From Bacteroidota bacterium (GTDB lineage: Bacteria; Bacteroidota; Bacteroidia; Flavobacteriales_F; PHOS-HE28): a DNA stretch of 64,000 bases. Below, piece after piece: positions 1 through 10,357 of this stretch (position 1 is the first letter of the stretch; every line of letters begins with the position of its first letter). The stretch covers positions 142-64,141 of the forward strand of contig JAEZDL010000078.1 in assembly GCA_023418095.1 (NCBI GenBank), in the 5' to 3' direction. The notes under the pieces were generated by a model that saw nothing but the letters and a program-made list of their open reading frames with translations, was not told the origin of the DNA and did no database searches. Both the position numbers and the translations under genes were made by a program.

Positions 1-145
1 CTGATCGTGCCATGGAATGAAGTCAGTAGCGTTGTCGCCTCCGGTGGGCAGCAAATGTAGGGGTGGGCCGTGGTGCGGCCAAGGTATGGTCGTGAATGCT
101 TCGATCCACTTATGGTAACTTGGCTTCCCTTTCAGGACCTTAAAC

Positions 146-1456
146 ATGCGCTATACACCACTTTCCGCCAGCACATACCGCGAACATCGCGCCCGCTTCC
201 GCCAGCATATGGAAAAAGGCGGGCTTGCGATCTTCCACAGTAATGATGTGATGCCTACCAGCGCAGATGGCACCATGCCGTTCAAACAGGCAACGGATAT
301 CATGCACCTCAGTGGTATCGATCAAGAAGAAACGATCCTTCTCCTCTTCCCCGATGCTTTCGATCCGAAGGACCGTGAGATCCTTTTCGTACGCGAAACG
401 AATGAGCACATCGCGATCTGGGAAGGCGCAAAATTCACGCAAAAGGAAGCTTCGGAATTGAGCGGGATCGCCAACGTGCAGTGGACAAGCAATTTCGAAG
501 CGGTCCTGAAGCGATTGGTGCCGCAATGTGAAATGCTGTACCTCAACAGCAACGAACACCTGCGCCAGGGCAACGAAGTGCAAACGCGCGAGGATCGGAA
601 GAACGATCAGCTTCGATCGCAATTCCCACTGCATCCGTTGAAGCGCAGCGCCCCGATCATGCACCGGATCCGATCACGCAAGACCGGTGAGGAGATCGAT
701 CAGATCAAGCGCGCGATCGCCATCACCGGCAAGGCCTTCGATCGCATTTGTGGGTTCGTGAAGCCGGGCGTGAAGGAATACGAGATCGAAGCGGAGATCA
801 CCCATGAATTCATCAGAAATGGCTCGCGCGGCCATGCCTACACGCCGATCATCGCGAGCGGGTACAACGCGTGCGTGCTTCACTATATCGCGAACGATCA
901 GGTGTGCCGCGATGGCGATGTGATCCTGATGGATTTTGGTTGCGAATACGGCGGCTATGCCAGCGATCTTACGCGCAGCATTCCTGTGAACGGCCATTTC
1001 ACAAAACGCCAGCGTGATGTCTATGACGCGGTGCTCCGGGTGAAGAATGAAGCCACGCAATTGCTCAGGCCTGGCACCTTGTTGAACGATTATCACAAGG
1101 AGGTCGGGAAGATCATGGAAAGTGAACTGATCGGCCTTGGCCTTCTCGATCGCGAGGATGTGAAAAAGCAGGATCCCGATCGCCCGCTGTACAAGAAATA
1201 TTTCATGCATGGCACCAGCCATTTCCTCGGCCTGGATGTGCATGATGTGGGCCTGTGGCACGAACCGATCGCGGAGGACATGGTGTTCACCGTGGAGCCC
1301 GGCATCTATATCCGAGAAGAGAACCTCGGCATCCGGCTGGAGAACAACATACTCGTGACCAAGGATGAACCTGTGGATCTATTCGCTGCGATACCTGTTG
1401 AAGCGGAAGCGATCGAGGAGATGATGGCCGGCGCACAACGCACGGTCGCGATCTAG
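146..1456 (+). CDS. pepP: Xaa-Pro aminopeptidase (peptidase M24B)
   Basis: 436-aa ORF starting at ATG 146. M24 metal-ligand motifs DFGCEYGGYASDLTR, HGTSHFLGLDVHD, FTVEPGIY and RLENN follow an aminopeptidase-P-type N-terminal domain. Confidence 0.9.
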   Translation: MRYTPLSASTYREHRARFRQHMEKGGLAIFHSNDVMPTSADGTMPFKQATDIMHLSGIDQEETILLLFPDAFDPKDREILFVRETNEHIAIWEGAKFTQKEASELSGIANVQWTSNFEAVLKRLVPQCEMLYLNSNEHLRQGNEVQTREDRKNDQLRSQFPLHPLKRSAPIMHRIRSRKTGEEIDQIKRAIAITGKAFDRICGFVKPGVKEYEIEAEITHEFIRNGSRGHAYTPIIASGYNACVLHYIANDQVCRDGDVILMDFGCEYGGYASDLTRSIPVNGHFTKRQRDVYDAVLRVKNEATQLLRPGTLLNDYHKEVGKIMESELIGLGLLDREDVKKQDPDRPLYKKYFMHGTSHFLGLDVHDVGLWHEPIAEDMVFTVEPGIYIREENLGIRLENNILVTKDEPVDLFAAIPVEAEAIEEMMAGAQRTVAI

Positions 1457-1457
1457 A

Positions 1458-2438
1458 TCACCATTGCCATTGCGCCCAGAGCGCAAGGATCAACAGTGAT
1501 TCCACTGCTGATTCGCTCAGCCAACTGCGTTTCGTTCCTTGCAGGGAATTCGCGCAGAAGATGGTGAGCGGGACCACCAACATCGCAGCTGGCAGGTGAC
1601 CTGTGATGAGCCAGATGATCGCCAGCAGAACCGCGAGCGCTGCGGTGAACCCAAGAAAGGAAGCGCGGATGTTCTTCAGCCTGATCACTCCCCGGTTATA
1701 GCTGCGGGTGAATGAAAGCATTCCCACAGGAAGCATTCCCGCAAGCACCATGCATAGAAAGATCCGTTGCGATGCCGGCACGGATCCGATCGCCGGGTCG
1801 CCAACATGAGCGTATGCGATCGTAAGCAATGGCCTCCATTCCCCCACTCCGGTGATGAGCAGGATGCCCCATGCCAGATAGAGAACGATCGCCGATGCGA
1901 TCAGCGGAACGAGGTATTCGCGCCATTGCGGCGGGCGGAGCACTGAAATAGTCGTCCAGATCACCACCACGAGGAACAGGTAAGGCAGGTAGAACAATGC
2001 GGCGATCCCGATCAGCATTCCAGAGTCGAAAAGCGCGCCCATCGCCCGGCCCGTATTGCTCATGGACCACGACCGGTGCAATGCTGCGATCACGAAGGGC
2101 ATTCCGGTGAGCGCTGGGTCCAGCGGTGCCATGGGGCCGAAAGCCGCCAGCAGCAACGGAAAGATCATCGCGGAAAGATGGGTGCGCTTCTCCAGCAATT
2201 CTGAATCGTTCACCATCAGATCCACCTGCACAGCGATCAACAGGATGAACAGGGTGGAAAGAATACCCTGCACGATCGGCCTCCCGTTCACCAGACCGTT
2301 GAGCAATGCATGCAACGGCATGGCGAGTTCGGGTGAGGCGATCGGCCGTGTGAAGGCCGGTCCGAAAAGTAGCGGGACCAGCAGGATCAGGCCTGACAGC
2401 ACCACCGGTTGATTGCTTCTGAAGATGCCCGCCAGCAT
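1458..2438 (-). CDS. polytopic membrane protein, function unknown
   Basis: 326-aa ORF made almost entirely of hydrophobic helices (about 9). No catalytic motif recognised. It fills the gap between pepP and purD. Confidence 0.7.
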   Translation of the reverse strand: MLAGIFRSNQPVVLSGLILLVPLLFGPAFTRPIASPELAMPLHALLNGLVNGRPIVQGILSTLFILLIAVQVDLMVNDSELLEKRTHLSAMIFPLLLAAFGPMAPLDPALTGMPFVIAALHRSWSMSNTGRAMGALFDSGMLIGIAALFYLPYLFLVVVIWTTISVLRPPQWREYLVPLIASAIVLYLAWGILLITGVGEWRPLLTIAYAHVGDPAIGSVPASQRIFLCMVLAGMLPVGMLSFTRSYNRGVIRLKNIRASFLGFTAALAVLLAIIWLITGHLPAAMLVVPLTIFCANSLQGTKRSWLSESAVESLLILALWAQWQW

Positions 2439-2664
2439 GGATCAGGAAGTGCCCCTATATTTGCCCGGATCAAGCACGCACCGCATGTACCAGATCTTCT
2501 TTTCGATCGGCCGTTTCCTGGAGAGTACGTTCACCATTCTTGCTGCGCTTGGTTGGGTGCCGGTGATACTCATCTCCGTGATCCTCGCATTCGGCCTGGT
2601 GTACTGGCTGATGATGCAGGACCGGTACAACAAGGAGGCGCGGCGCAAGGGTACCCTCGCATAG
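2437..2664 (+). CDS. small membrane protein, function unknown
   Basis: Short ORF divergent from 1458..2438 with a strongly hydrophobic segment FTILAALGWVPVILISVILAFGLVYWL and a basic tail. The start is ambiguous (TTG 2413, ATG 2425 or ATG 2437). Confidence 0.45.
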   Translation: MDQEVPLYLPGSSTHRMYQIFFSIGRFLESTFTILAALGWVPVILISVILAFGLVYWLMMQDRYNKEARRKGTLA

Positions 2665-2666
2665 GA

Positions 2667-3986
2667 TCATACTTTCTGCTGCGCACTGTTCCTGGGCGCT
2701 GGCATACGCAACAGGTCCTTTCCGATATCGCTTCTCAGGTACATCCCTTCGAAACCGATCATTCCCGCGCTGCGGTAGGTTGAAAGGATCGCCTGCTCAA
2801 GGTCCTTCCCGAATCCGGTGACCGATAGCACGCGGCCCCCTGCGGTCACCAGGCTTCCGTCCTTTTCCAAGGCGGTACCCGCGTGGAACACATAGGCATC
2901 ACGCACCATCTCCATCCCTATTATCCGGCGTCCTTTCTCGTATTTCCCGGGATAGCCTTCCGAGGCGAGCACCACGGTGACCGCGGTCCGATCGTCCACA
3001 TCCACGTGCCTTTCGCTCAGGGTGCCATGGGCGATCCCCTCGAACAGATCGAGCAGATCGCTGCGCAATCGCGGCAGGATCGCCTGTGCCTCGGGATCAC
3101 CGAGCCGAACGTTGTATTCGATCACATAAGGTTCATTGTTCACGATCATCAACCCCATGAAGATGAATCCGCTGTATTCGATCCCATCCTTCTGCAATCC
3201 CCTGATCGTAGGTGCGGCGATCCGATCATGCACTTTCTGCATCAGGTCCTTGTCCGCGAAAGGCGCAGGTGATACGGCGCCCATCCCACCGGTATTCGGG
3301 CCGGTGTCGCCCGCCCCGATCCGCTTATGGTCCTTCGCTGCAGGCAGCATCTTGAATGAGGTTCCATCGGTGATCAGGAATGCTGAGAGTTCCACGCCCT
3401 TCAGGAATTGCTCGATCACCACTTTCTCGCCGGCAGCGCCATGTGCCCCACCCTGCAGCATATCCTTCAATACGTTGGCGGCTTCCTTCTTATCCTCGGT
3501 GATCACCACGCCTTTCCCGGCTGCAAGGCCATCCGCCTTGATCACGTAGGGTGGTGCCATCTTGTCCAGATGCTGGATCGCGTCCTGCAATTGATCCTTC
3601 GTGAAAGTGCGATGCGCGGCGGTGGGAATGTTATGCCGGAACATGAACTCCTTTGCGAAATCCTTGCTGCCCTCGAGTTTCGCGGCTTCCTTCCTGGGAC
3701 CGATCACCGTCACCTTTCCAGCAAGTTCCTTGTCGGCCGCGATCCGATCGTGCAACCCATCCACCAATGGCCCTTCGGGGCCTACCACCACCATTTCGAT
3801 CCCTTTTTCAAGCAGGAATCTCCGCAGGGCCTTCTGGTCCTTCAGGTCAAGCTCCACATTGCGGCCGTGGCGCACCGTACCGGGATTTCCGGGAGCGATG
3901 TAAAGTTCATCCAACAGGGAGCTTTGTGCGATCTTCCAAGCCATCGCATGCTCCCTTCCCCCGCCGCCGATCAACAGAACGTTCAT
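2667..3986 (-). CDS. purD: phosphoribosylamine--glycine ligase
   Basis: Canonical GARS N-terminus MNVLLIGGGGREHAMAWK and ATP-grasp body. The start is trimmed to the internal ATG (cat at 3984..3986), because the 27 upstream codons of the ORF are not PurD-like. Confidence 0.95.
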   Translation of the reverse strand: MNVLLIGGGGREHAMAWKIAQSSLLDELYIAPGNPGTVRHGRNVELDLKDQKALRRFLLEKGIEMVVVGPEGPLVDGLHDRIAADKELAGKVTVIGPRKEAAKLEGSKDFAKEFMFRHNIPTAAHRTFTKDQLQDAIQHLDKMAPPYVIKADGLAAGKGVVITEDKKEAANVLKDMLQGGAHGAAGEKVVIEQFLKGVELSAFLITDGTSFKMLPAAKDHKRIGAGDTGPNTGGMGAVSPAPFADKDLMQKVHDRIAAPTIRGLQKDGIEYSGFIFMGLMIVNNEPYVIEYNVRLGDPEAQAILPRLRSDLLDLFEGIAHGTLSERHVDVDDRTAVTVVLASEGYPGKYEKGRRIIGMEMVRDAYVFHAGTALEKDGSLVTAGGRVLSVTGFGKDLEQAILSTYRSAGMIGFEGMYLRSDIGKDLLRMPAPRNSAQQKV

Positions 3987-4106
3987 TTTCGATGAGCCTT
4001 TGCACAAAGGAAAGATCCACCGTTGGCCGATCGAAAGTTTCTTTTCAACATATGAACAACGCCGCATCCCTCGCGGAAAGCGGCGTTGGGTGGCACGCGT
4101 ACCGGA

Positions 4107-4742
4107 TCAGTGCTGATGCGGCGCGGCGGTTCGCTTGATGCTGCAGCCGATGTTACGCGTGGTCGCCGGTTCGATCGGCTTTCCTTCGCTCAGGTTGGCA
4201 AGTGCGTTCTTCAGCCAATGCTCCTTCACGGCCCCGGCATTCGCCACATTGTCATCGATCGCTCCCTTGTAAACGAGCTTCATGTCCTTGTCGAACAGGA
4301 AGACATGCGGAGTGGTGCGCGCCGCGTAGGCATCGGCCAGTTCACTGTTCTCATCCAGCAGGTAATGGGTGCCGTAGGCCTTGTCCTTGTGGCGCGCCTT
4401 CATTTCCTCCAGTGATTCCCCCTTCTCGCGCGTTGCGTGGTTGCTGTTCACCAGCGCCATGCCCACGCCCATCCTTTTGCTCAGATCGGCGAGGCCGCCA
4501 TAGCGGCCATCCCAGCCTTCACTGCCCTCGGAACCTACCACGAACGGACATTGGTTGCTTGTGAAGATCACGAGAAGACCTTTCTCGCCAGCGATGTCCT
4601 TGAGGGTGATCTCCTTGCCGGAAACATCCATCATGACGCGATCCAGCTTCGGTGCCGCATCGCCGATGTTGAGGTCTTTCAATGGATCATGTGTTGTACT
4701 GATCATGGCCGTTGCGGCCAGGAGGATCGACTTGAGGATCAT
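4107..4742 (-). CDS. secreted thioredoxin-fold thiol-disulfide oxidoreductase (redoxin/AhpC-TSA-like)
   Basis: N-terminal signal-like segment MILKSILLAATAMI and a redox motif in LLVIFTSNQCPFVVGSEG. Length and layout are typical of a thioredoxin fold. Confidence 0.8.
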   Translation of the reverse strand: MILKSILLAATAMISTTHDPLKDLNIGDAAPKLDRVMMDVSGKEITLKDIAGEKGLLVIFTSNQCPFVVGSEGSEGWDGRYGGLADLSKRMGVGMALVNSNHATREKGESLEEMKARHKDKAYGTHYLLDENSELADAYAARTTPHVFLFDKDMKLVYKGAIDDNVANAGAVKEHWLKNALANLSEGKPIEPATTRNIGCSIKRTAAPHQH

Positions 4743-4797
4743 GTTCTGGATCTATGGTGGGTGTGCACAAAGTAAAGACCGTGCCAGATCCGAAAGA

Positions 4798-6339
4798 TCA
4801 CAGCGGGATGTTACCGTGTTTCTTACGCGGCATGGTCTCCACTTTGTTCCGGAGCATCTCCAATGCTGCGATGATCTTCGATCGGGTCTCGCTCGGGCGG
4901 ATCACTTCATCAACGAAACCACGCGCTGCGGCTTCATACGGATTGGCGAATTGCTTCCGGTAATCCTCCTCCTTCTCCTTGTGTTTGGCTGCGGGATCCG
5001 CTGCTTTGCCGATCTCGTTCTTGAAGATGATCTCTGCGGCTCCTTTCGCCCCCATCACTGCGATCTCCGCAGTGGGCCACGCATAGTTCATGTCCGCCCC
5101 GATATGTTTGGAATTCATCACATCGTAGGCGCCGCCATAGGCTTTGCGTGTGATCACGGTGATGCGGGGTACAGTGGCTTCGCTGAAAGCATACAACAGT
5201 TTTGCGCCATGGTTGATGATGCCGCGCCATTCCTGATCGGTGCCGGGAAGGAAACCGGGAACATCAACGAATACGAGGAGAGGTATGTTGAACGCATCGC
5301 AAAAGCGCACGAAACGCGCGGCCTTCACGCTGGCATCAATGTCCAGCACCCCGGCCAATGTTGCAGGCTGGTTGGCCACACAGCCGACCGTACGGCCAGC
5401 GACACGCGCAAAGCCTACCACCATGTTCCGCGCATGATCGGCATGCACCTCCATGCTGCTATCCGGATCGATCACCGCATTGAGCACTTCCCTTATATCG
5501 TAGGGCTGGTTCGGATTCGCAGGTATGATCGTATCCAGCATAGGCCTGCTCTCATCGCCCGGTGTGAACGGGATCATCGGTGGATCCTCCTCGCAATTGG
5601 AAGGAAGATAACCGATCAACTTGCGGAGTTGCTGGATGCACTCCCATTCATTCGGCACCGCGAAATGTGCGACTCCGCTCTTCGATGCGTGTGTTGATGC
5701 ACCGCCCAGATCCTCGCTCGAGACCTCCTCATGCGTAACCGTCCTCACCACGTTGGGGCCGGTAACGAACATGTAGCTGGTTCCCTGCGTCATGAAGATC
5801 ATGTCCGTGAGCGCCGGGCTATACACGGCACCACCGGCGCATGGGCCAAGGATCGCGCTTATCTGCGGGATCACTCCGCTGGCTTTCACGTTACGGTAGA
5901 AGATATCCGCGTAACCACCGAGTGAAACAACACCTTCCTGGATCCGTGCGCCGCCACTGTCATTTAGCCCGATCACGGGTGCGCCGTTCTGCATCGCCAG
6001 GTCCATGATACGGCAGATCTTGGCGGCGTGTGCTTCGGCGAGCGATCCGCCGAGCACGGTGAAATCCTGCGAGAACACGTAAACTGTTCGGCCATCGATC
6101 GTTCCGTAACCAGTGACCACGCCATCGCCCAGGAACTTCTGTTCACCGAGCCCGAAATTCGAACTGCGATGTGTCACCAATCGCCCGATCTCCTGGAACG
6201 ACCCTTCATCGAGTAGCAGATCGATGCGCTCCCTGGCGGTAAGTTTTCCTTTCTTGTGCTGAGCATCCATCCGGTCCTTTCCGCCACCTTCAAATGCCTT
6301 TGCGTTATATGTATCGAGTATCTCGAAATGTTCGTTCAT
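4798..6339 (-). CDS. pccB: acyl-CoA carboxylase carboxyltransferase beta subunit (propionyl-CoA carboxylase beta / methylmalonyl-CoA decarboxylase alpha type)
   Basis: 513 aa with a duplicated carboxyltransferase domain. Typical stretches are [28 protein letters not shown] and [11 protein letters not shown]. Confidence 0.92.
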   Translation of the reverse strand: MNEHFEILDTYNAKAFEGGGKDRMDAQHKKGKLTARERIDLLLDEGSFQEIGRLVTHRSSNFGLGEQKFLGDGVVTGYGTIDGRTVYVFSQDFTVLGGSLAEAHAAKICRIMDLAMQNGAPVIGLNDSGGARIQEGVVSLGGYADIFYRNVKASGVIPQISAILGPCAGGAVYSPALTDMIFMTQGTSYMFVTGPNVVRTVTHEEVSSEDLGGASTHASKSGVAHFAVPNEWECIQQLRKLIGYLPSNCEEDPPMIPFTPGDESRPMLDTIIPANPNQPYDIREVLNAVIDPDSSMEVHADHARNMVVGFARVAGRTVGCVANQPATLAGVLDIDASVKAARFVRFCDAFNIPLLVFVDVPGFLPGTDQEWRGIINHGAKLLYAFSEATVPRITVITRKAYGGAYDVMNSKHIGADMNYAWPTAEIAVMGAKGAAEIIFKNEIGKAADPAAKHKEKEEDYRKQFANPYEAAARGFVDEVIRPSETRSKIIAALEMLRNKVETMPRKKHGNIPL

Positions 6340-6427
6340 GTTGATCGATCGCGACGGCGATCCGCCTGCGATGGGTGCAAATTAAGCCTGCCGGGGCCAT
6401 GAAGGGCGCTTCCGTAAATTAGCCGCG

Positions 6428-8347
6428 ATGCAGTGGCGGTTCGCCGATCTCCCGGTACGGACGAAATTCATGTGGACCCTTGGCATTCCGGTGCTGGGAA
6501 TGGTCCTGTTGATCGGCAAGCAGGTGGATTCGAGCTTGAAGCGAAGCTCGGTGTATGAGTACATCAAGATACAGGCTGAACGTATCGCGTTGTTCTCCAA
6601 CGTGGTGCATCAACTGCAACGTGAAAGCGCGTATTCCGTCGGTTACCTCACAGGCCAGCCGGTAACGCCGGTGAAGTTGCAGCTGCAGTTCAGCCACACG
6701 GATGAAGCGATCGAAGCGCTGCAGCGCACCTCGCACATGCAGGCGATACAGATGCAGGAGATCAGTGCATTCAGCGGATTGAACATCCTGCGCCAGCGCG
6801 TGCTCGACCAGCGTACCGATCCGATCACCGTTTCGAGGACCTATCGCGCCATGGACAATACCATGCTGGAAGAACTCGGCCGCGTGGGCCGGCTCGCGCT
6901 CGATCCGGAGACCAAGGACCGCTATTACGCGCACCTGCGCCTGCTGAATGCGAAGGAAGCGTTGAGCGTGGTACGCGACAAGCTCAGTATCGGCCTTACG
7001 GACATGGAACTTGCACAGGCCGAACTCGCCGAATTGGGCGAACAGATCTCGCAGTACGAGACCAACATGTTCCTTTTCGAGCGGGATGCACCGCCGGAAG
7101 TGATGAGCACGTACCATGACGTGTTCCAGGGACCGGACGTGAATTTCATGCGCTCGATCATCGGTACGGTGAAGGAGCAGCGAACGCTCGATCGCAACAC
7201 GATCGCGGCCCAGCAATGGTGGGAACTGTCGATCGGTGCGTTGGAGAAACTGCGGTTGGTGGAGGATCATTCCCTGGGATTGATCAAGGAGGCCACTGCG
7301 GCCAACTCACAGGATGCACGGATCAGGCTTTTCATCGTGCTCGCGGCCCTGATCGGCGTGGTCGGAGCGGTCACCGTGATGGGCTTCGTGATCATGCGCG
7401 GCATCCGAAATACGGTGAACGAGGTGGCGCACGCCGCGCGGTCGCTGGCCATGGGCGATGTGCGCGCCACCGTTCCCGTGAATTCCGCCGACGAGATCGG
7501 ACAGATGGCACTTTCGTTCAATGGCATGATCGATAATATACGGTCCTTGGCGAGCAGCGCGGATTCGATCGGAAAGGGCAACTACGATACATACGTGACC
7601 GTGCGCAGCCCACAGGACGTGCTCGGCAACGCATTGCTGCGGATGAAGGAGAACCTGAAGGCGGCCAAATTGCGTGATACCGAGCAGGCAAAGGCCCTGC
7701 AGGAGGAAAAGTTGAAGATCGAGCAGGCCAATGAAAGGATCCATCTGTTGATCAAGGAAATGCACCACCGGGTAAAGAACAACCTCCAGGTGGTCGCAAG
7801 CCTGCTCCGCCTTCAGGCGGGCACGATCGCCGATGAACGGTTGCAGCATGCGTTCGATCAAAGCCAGAGCCGTGTGACATCCATGGCACTGATCCATGAA
7901 AAGCTCTATAAGGGAGATGAACTTTCGCAACTGGATGTGAGCCTCTACATCAACGAACTCTTCACCGAGCTCGTAAGGCTCAACGATGTGAGCGATCGGA
8001 TCCGATACGAGGCCAATATCGACAATGGACTTGAGCTCGACCTGCACACCATGGTGCCGCTCGGATTATTGTTGAACGAGCTGATCACGAACTCGTTCAA
8101 ACATGCGTTCAAGGGGCGTCGCGAAGGAAAGATCAACCTCGACCTGCACCGCGTGAACGATCGGGAATTCGATCTGCACTACACCGATGATGGCGTTGGC
8201 ATACCACTGGACAAGCGATCGGGCAACGGATCGACACTGGGGGTCTCGCTGATCGAGAGCCTGGTGGAACAGCTCAATGGCCGCATGTCCGTGGATGGTG
8301 ATGGATCGGGGACCCGCTATCACATCCGCTTCAGGAAGATCGGCTGA
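6428..8347 (+). CDS. sensor histidine kinase (helical NIT-like sensor, HAMP, HisKA_2, HATPase)
   Basis: A TM segment is followed by a helical periplasmic region with VHQLQRESAYSVGYL (NIT-like). Then come a second TM, a HAMP domain (ADEIGQMALSFNGMIDNI), a coiled coil, the phosphoacceptor box HHRVKNNLQVVASLLRLQ, and a C-terminal ATPase. Confidence 0.85.
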   Translation: MQWRFADLPVRTKFMWTLGIPVLGMVLLIGKQVDSSLKRSSVYEYIKIQAERIALFSNVVHQLQRESAYSVGYLTGQPVTPVKLQLQFSHTDEAIEALQRTSHMQAIQMQEISAFSGLNILRQRVLDQRTDPITVSRTYRAMDNTMLEELGRVGRLALDPETKDRYYAHLRLLNAKEALSVVRDKLSIGLTDMELAQAELAELGEQISQYETNMFLFERDAPPEVMSTYHDVFQGPDVNFMRSIIGTVKEQRTLDRNTIAAQQWWELSIGALEKLRLVEDHSLGLIKEATAANSQDARIRLFIVLAALIGVVGAVTVMGFVIMRGIRNTVNEVAHAARSLAMGDVRATVPVNSADEIGQMALSFNGMIDNIRSLASSADSIGKGNYDTYVTVRSPQDVLGNALLRMKENLKAAKLRDTEQAKALQEEKLKIEQANERIHLLIKEMHHRVKNNLQVVASLLRLQAGTIADERLQHAFDQSQSRVTSMALIHEKLYKGDELSQLDVSLYINELFTELVRLNDVSDRIRYEANIDNGLELDLHTMVPLGLLLNELITNSFKHAFKGRREGKINLDLHRVNDREFDLHYTDDGVGIPLDKRSGNGSTLGVSLIESLVEQLNGRMSVDGDGSGTRYHIRFRKIG

Positions 8348-8350
8348 TCG

Positions 8351-9106
8351 CTACTGGCCTTCGGCGAGCTCCGCCTCCACTTCCTCGGTAAGGTCCATGT
8401 TGTGGTACACCGCGTTCACATCATCATCCTCATCGAGCATATCCACCAGCTTCAACACGTTGCGTGCGGTGTTGATGTCGGCCGGGATCGTTGATAGCGG
8501 GAATCGTTTCAATTCGGCGCTCTTCACTTCCACACCTAGATCGTCCAGCCGTTGTTGCATCTGCCCGAAATTCTGGAAGGGCGCGTAGATGGTGAATCCT
8601 TCCTCATCACGAACCACATCATCGGCGCCTCCATCGATCACTTCCATCTCGAATTCATCCGCATCCTTCCCTTTCAATGCAGCGTTCTCGATCACGAATT
8701 CGGCCTTGCGTTCAAAAACGTGGCTTAGCGATCCGCTGGTACCCAGGTTGCCGCCGGTCTTGGTGAAATAGCTGCGCACGTTGCTTACGGTACGGTTCAC
8801 GTTGTTGGTCGCCGCATCCACGAAAATAGCCACGCCGCCGGGGGCATAGCCTTCATAGGTCACCTCATGGTAGTCCGCTTCCTCGCCACCGGCCGCCTTC
8901 TTGATCGCACGATCCACATTATCCTTCGGCATGTTCATGCCGCGGGCGTTCTGGATCGCCATCTTCAACCTGGAGTTCGATTCGGGATTGGGCCCGCCGG
9001 CCTTCACGGCCATGGCGATCTCCTTCCCGATGCGGGTGAAGAGTTTGCTCAACTTCGCATTACGAGCAAAGATCTTGTGCTTGCGTTTCTCAAAGATGCG
9101 GCCCAT
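8351..9106 (-). CDS. yebC: YebC/PmpR family DNA-binding transcriptional regulator
   Basis: 251 aa. The N-terminus MGRIFEKRKHKIFARNAKLSKLFTRIGKEI and overall length are typical of YebC. Confidence 0.93.
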   Translation of the reverse strand: MGRIFEKRKHKIFARNAKLSKLFTRIGKEIAMAVKAGGPNPESNSRLKMAIQNARGMNMPKDNVDRAIKKAAGGEEADYHEVTYEGYAPGGVAIFVDAATNNVNRTVSNVRSYFTKTGGNLGTSGSLSHVFERKAEFVIENAALKGKDADEFEMEVIDGGADDVVRDEEGFTIYAPFQNFGQMQQRLDDLGVEVKSAELKRFPLSTIPADINTARNVLKLVDMLDEDDDVNAVYHNMDLTEEVEAELAEGQ

Positions 9107-9178
9107 CGTCCAGGGATTGGATTATCAGCGCAGCATGTGCTGCGAGCCGCTAAAGTAGCCTGATCCGTCATAAGCTGG

Positions 9179-9215
9179 AAAAACGAGGACCGCGGAAGAG
9201 TTCCTTCCGCGGCCC
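9179..9215 (-). terminator. Rho-independent terminator downstream of 9270..10247
   Basis: Stem ccgcggaag (9190..9198) pairs with cttccgcgg (9204..9212) around a 5-nt loop. On the minus strand it is followed by tcgttttt (A-run 9179..9183 on the plus strand). Confidence 0.6.
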
Positions 9216-9269
9216 ATTGGATCCAACTCCCTTGTTGCACGATCGCCTTTACCGGACCGGAGGCGTGAG

Positions 9270-10247
9270 CTAGTTGAACCCGATGATCGTGAGCCCCACG
9301 TTGAACGGTGTGAGTTCCGGTCCCTTGCCTTCCTGGAACAGCGGGGTGAGCGCATATTCGGCGAATAGGTTGAGCGCACCGTAACCCAGGCGTACCGAGG
9401 CCGCCGCGCGGTAGGGCAGCAACTGGTAGTCACCGCTATCCCGATCCTTGCGCACCTCACCGCTGTCGTCGCGGTATTTCTGCTTGTACATGGTATCGAA
9501 ATACCAGCTGCCCACCACGCCGAAAGCCATGTGCACGTTCCCTTTCCGATCATGGTCCATGGACTTTCCCGCGAGAAGATCGGCCTCAGTGGGTAGGGGC
9601 GCACGCTTGGTGTTGAACTCCAGCATCAGTGGCAGGCGCAGGCCGATCTGGCGCAGCTTGTTCTTGCGGAATTCAGGTCGTTCCACATCGAGCGCGAAAA
9701 CCGAATCGGCGTCGTACTGAAGCAGCACGTTGTTCTTCAGGTGATAGCTCGTGAACTCAACGCCCAGGCCCGTGAGCAGCCCTGCATGATGCGATCCGAA
9801 CTCGAGCTTCGATTCGGTGAAATTGATGGCGAGGAAACGTGATCGCGGGTTGTCGATCTCCATGAACTCCGCGTTGCCGGAGAGGTCCGCATCACCATCA
9901 TCGCCCAGGAGCGTGTTCACACCCACATCGATCCCGGACCAGTAGGTGAATTGCTGCCTGCGATCCTTTCGCGCCCGATCGATGATGGAGGCCACGCTAT
10001 CGGAGGCTGAAGCCCAGGCTTTGGGTTCCGATGTGATCGTGTATTTGCGGCGCTTCGTCTCGAAGATGAACGGATCTTTCTTCTTCGTTGTATCACCTTC
10101 CTGCTCGATCCGGGCGTAGCCACCTTCCTTGGAGGAAACGCCAACGCTGATCATCCTTTTCCTCTCTTCTTCCGTTCCGGTGCTGTCCGTCTGGCCGAGG
10201 ACCTGGGCAGCGATCAGCATCAGTGCGAAAGGCATCAACTTTTTCAT
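9270..10247 (-). CDS. putative outer-membrane beta-barrel protein
   Basis: Start trimmed to MKKLMPFALMLIAAQVLGQ (signal peptide, cat at 10245..10247). The second half has alternating hydrophobic/polar strands and a C-terminal ...GLTIIGFN. No enzymatic motif seen. Confidence 0.6.
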   Translation of the reverse strand: MKKLMPFALMLIAAQVLGQTDSTGTEEERKRMISVGVSSKEGGYARIEQEGDTTKKKDPFIFETKRRKYTITSEPKAWASASDSVASIIDRARKDRRQQFTYWSGIDVGVNTLLGDDGDADLSGNAEFMEIDNPRSRFLAINFTESKLEFGSHHAGLLTGLGVEFTSYHLKNNVLLQYDADSVFALDVERPEFRKNKLRQIGLRLPLMLEFNTKRAPLPTEADLLAGKSMDHDRKGNVHMAFGVVGSWYFDTMYKQKYRDDSGEVRKDRDSGDYQLLPYRAAASVRLGYGALNLFAEYALTPLFQEGKGPELTPFNVGLTIIGFN

Positions 10248-10305
10248 CTCGATCGGTTTGTATGCATATGACGGGAACATGGATCGATAGTTACAGATGC
10301 ATTGG

Positions 10306-10338
10306 AAAAAGAGAAGCCCCGGTGGCCGGGGCTTCTCT
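10306..10338 (-). terminator. Rho-independent terminator downstream of 10358..10729
   Basis: 13-bp stem agagaagccccgg (10310..10322) pairs with ccggggcttctct (10326..10338) around a 3-nt loop, followed by a T-run on the minus strand. Confidence 0.7.
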
Positions 10339-10357
10339 GGTGGATCATCGTGGCCGC

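Noticed and set aside
1-145. Possible end of a gene running off the left edge, and TAACTTGG upstream of pepP as a promoter box.
   Set aside because: There is too little sequence to recognise any protein. The box has a mismatch at a conserved T, so I did not annotate it.
4555-5697. 380-aa plus-strand ORF.
   Set aside because: It is the antisense shadow of the thioredoxin-like gene and of the carboxyltransferase gene, which has strong family motifs. Its composition is not protein-like.
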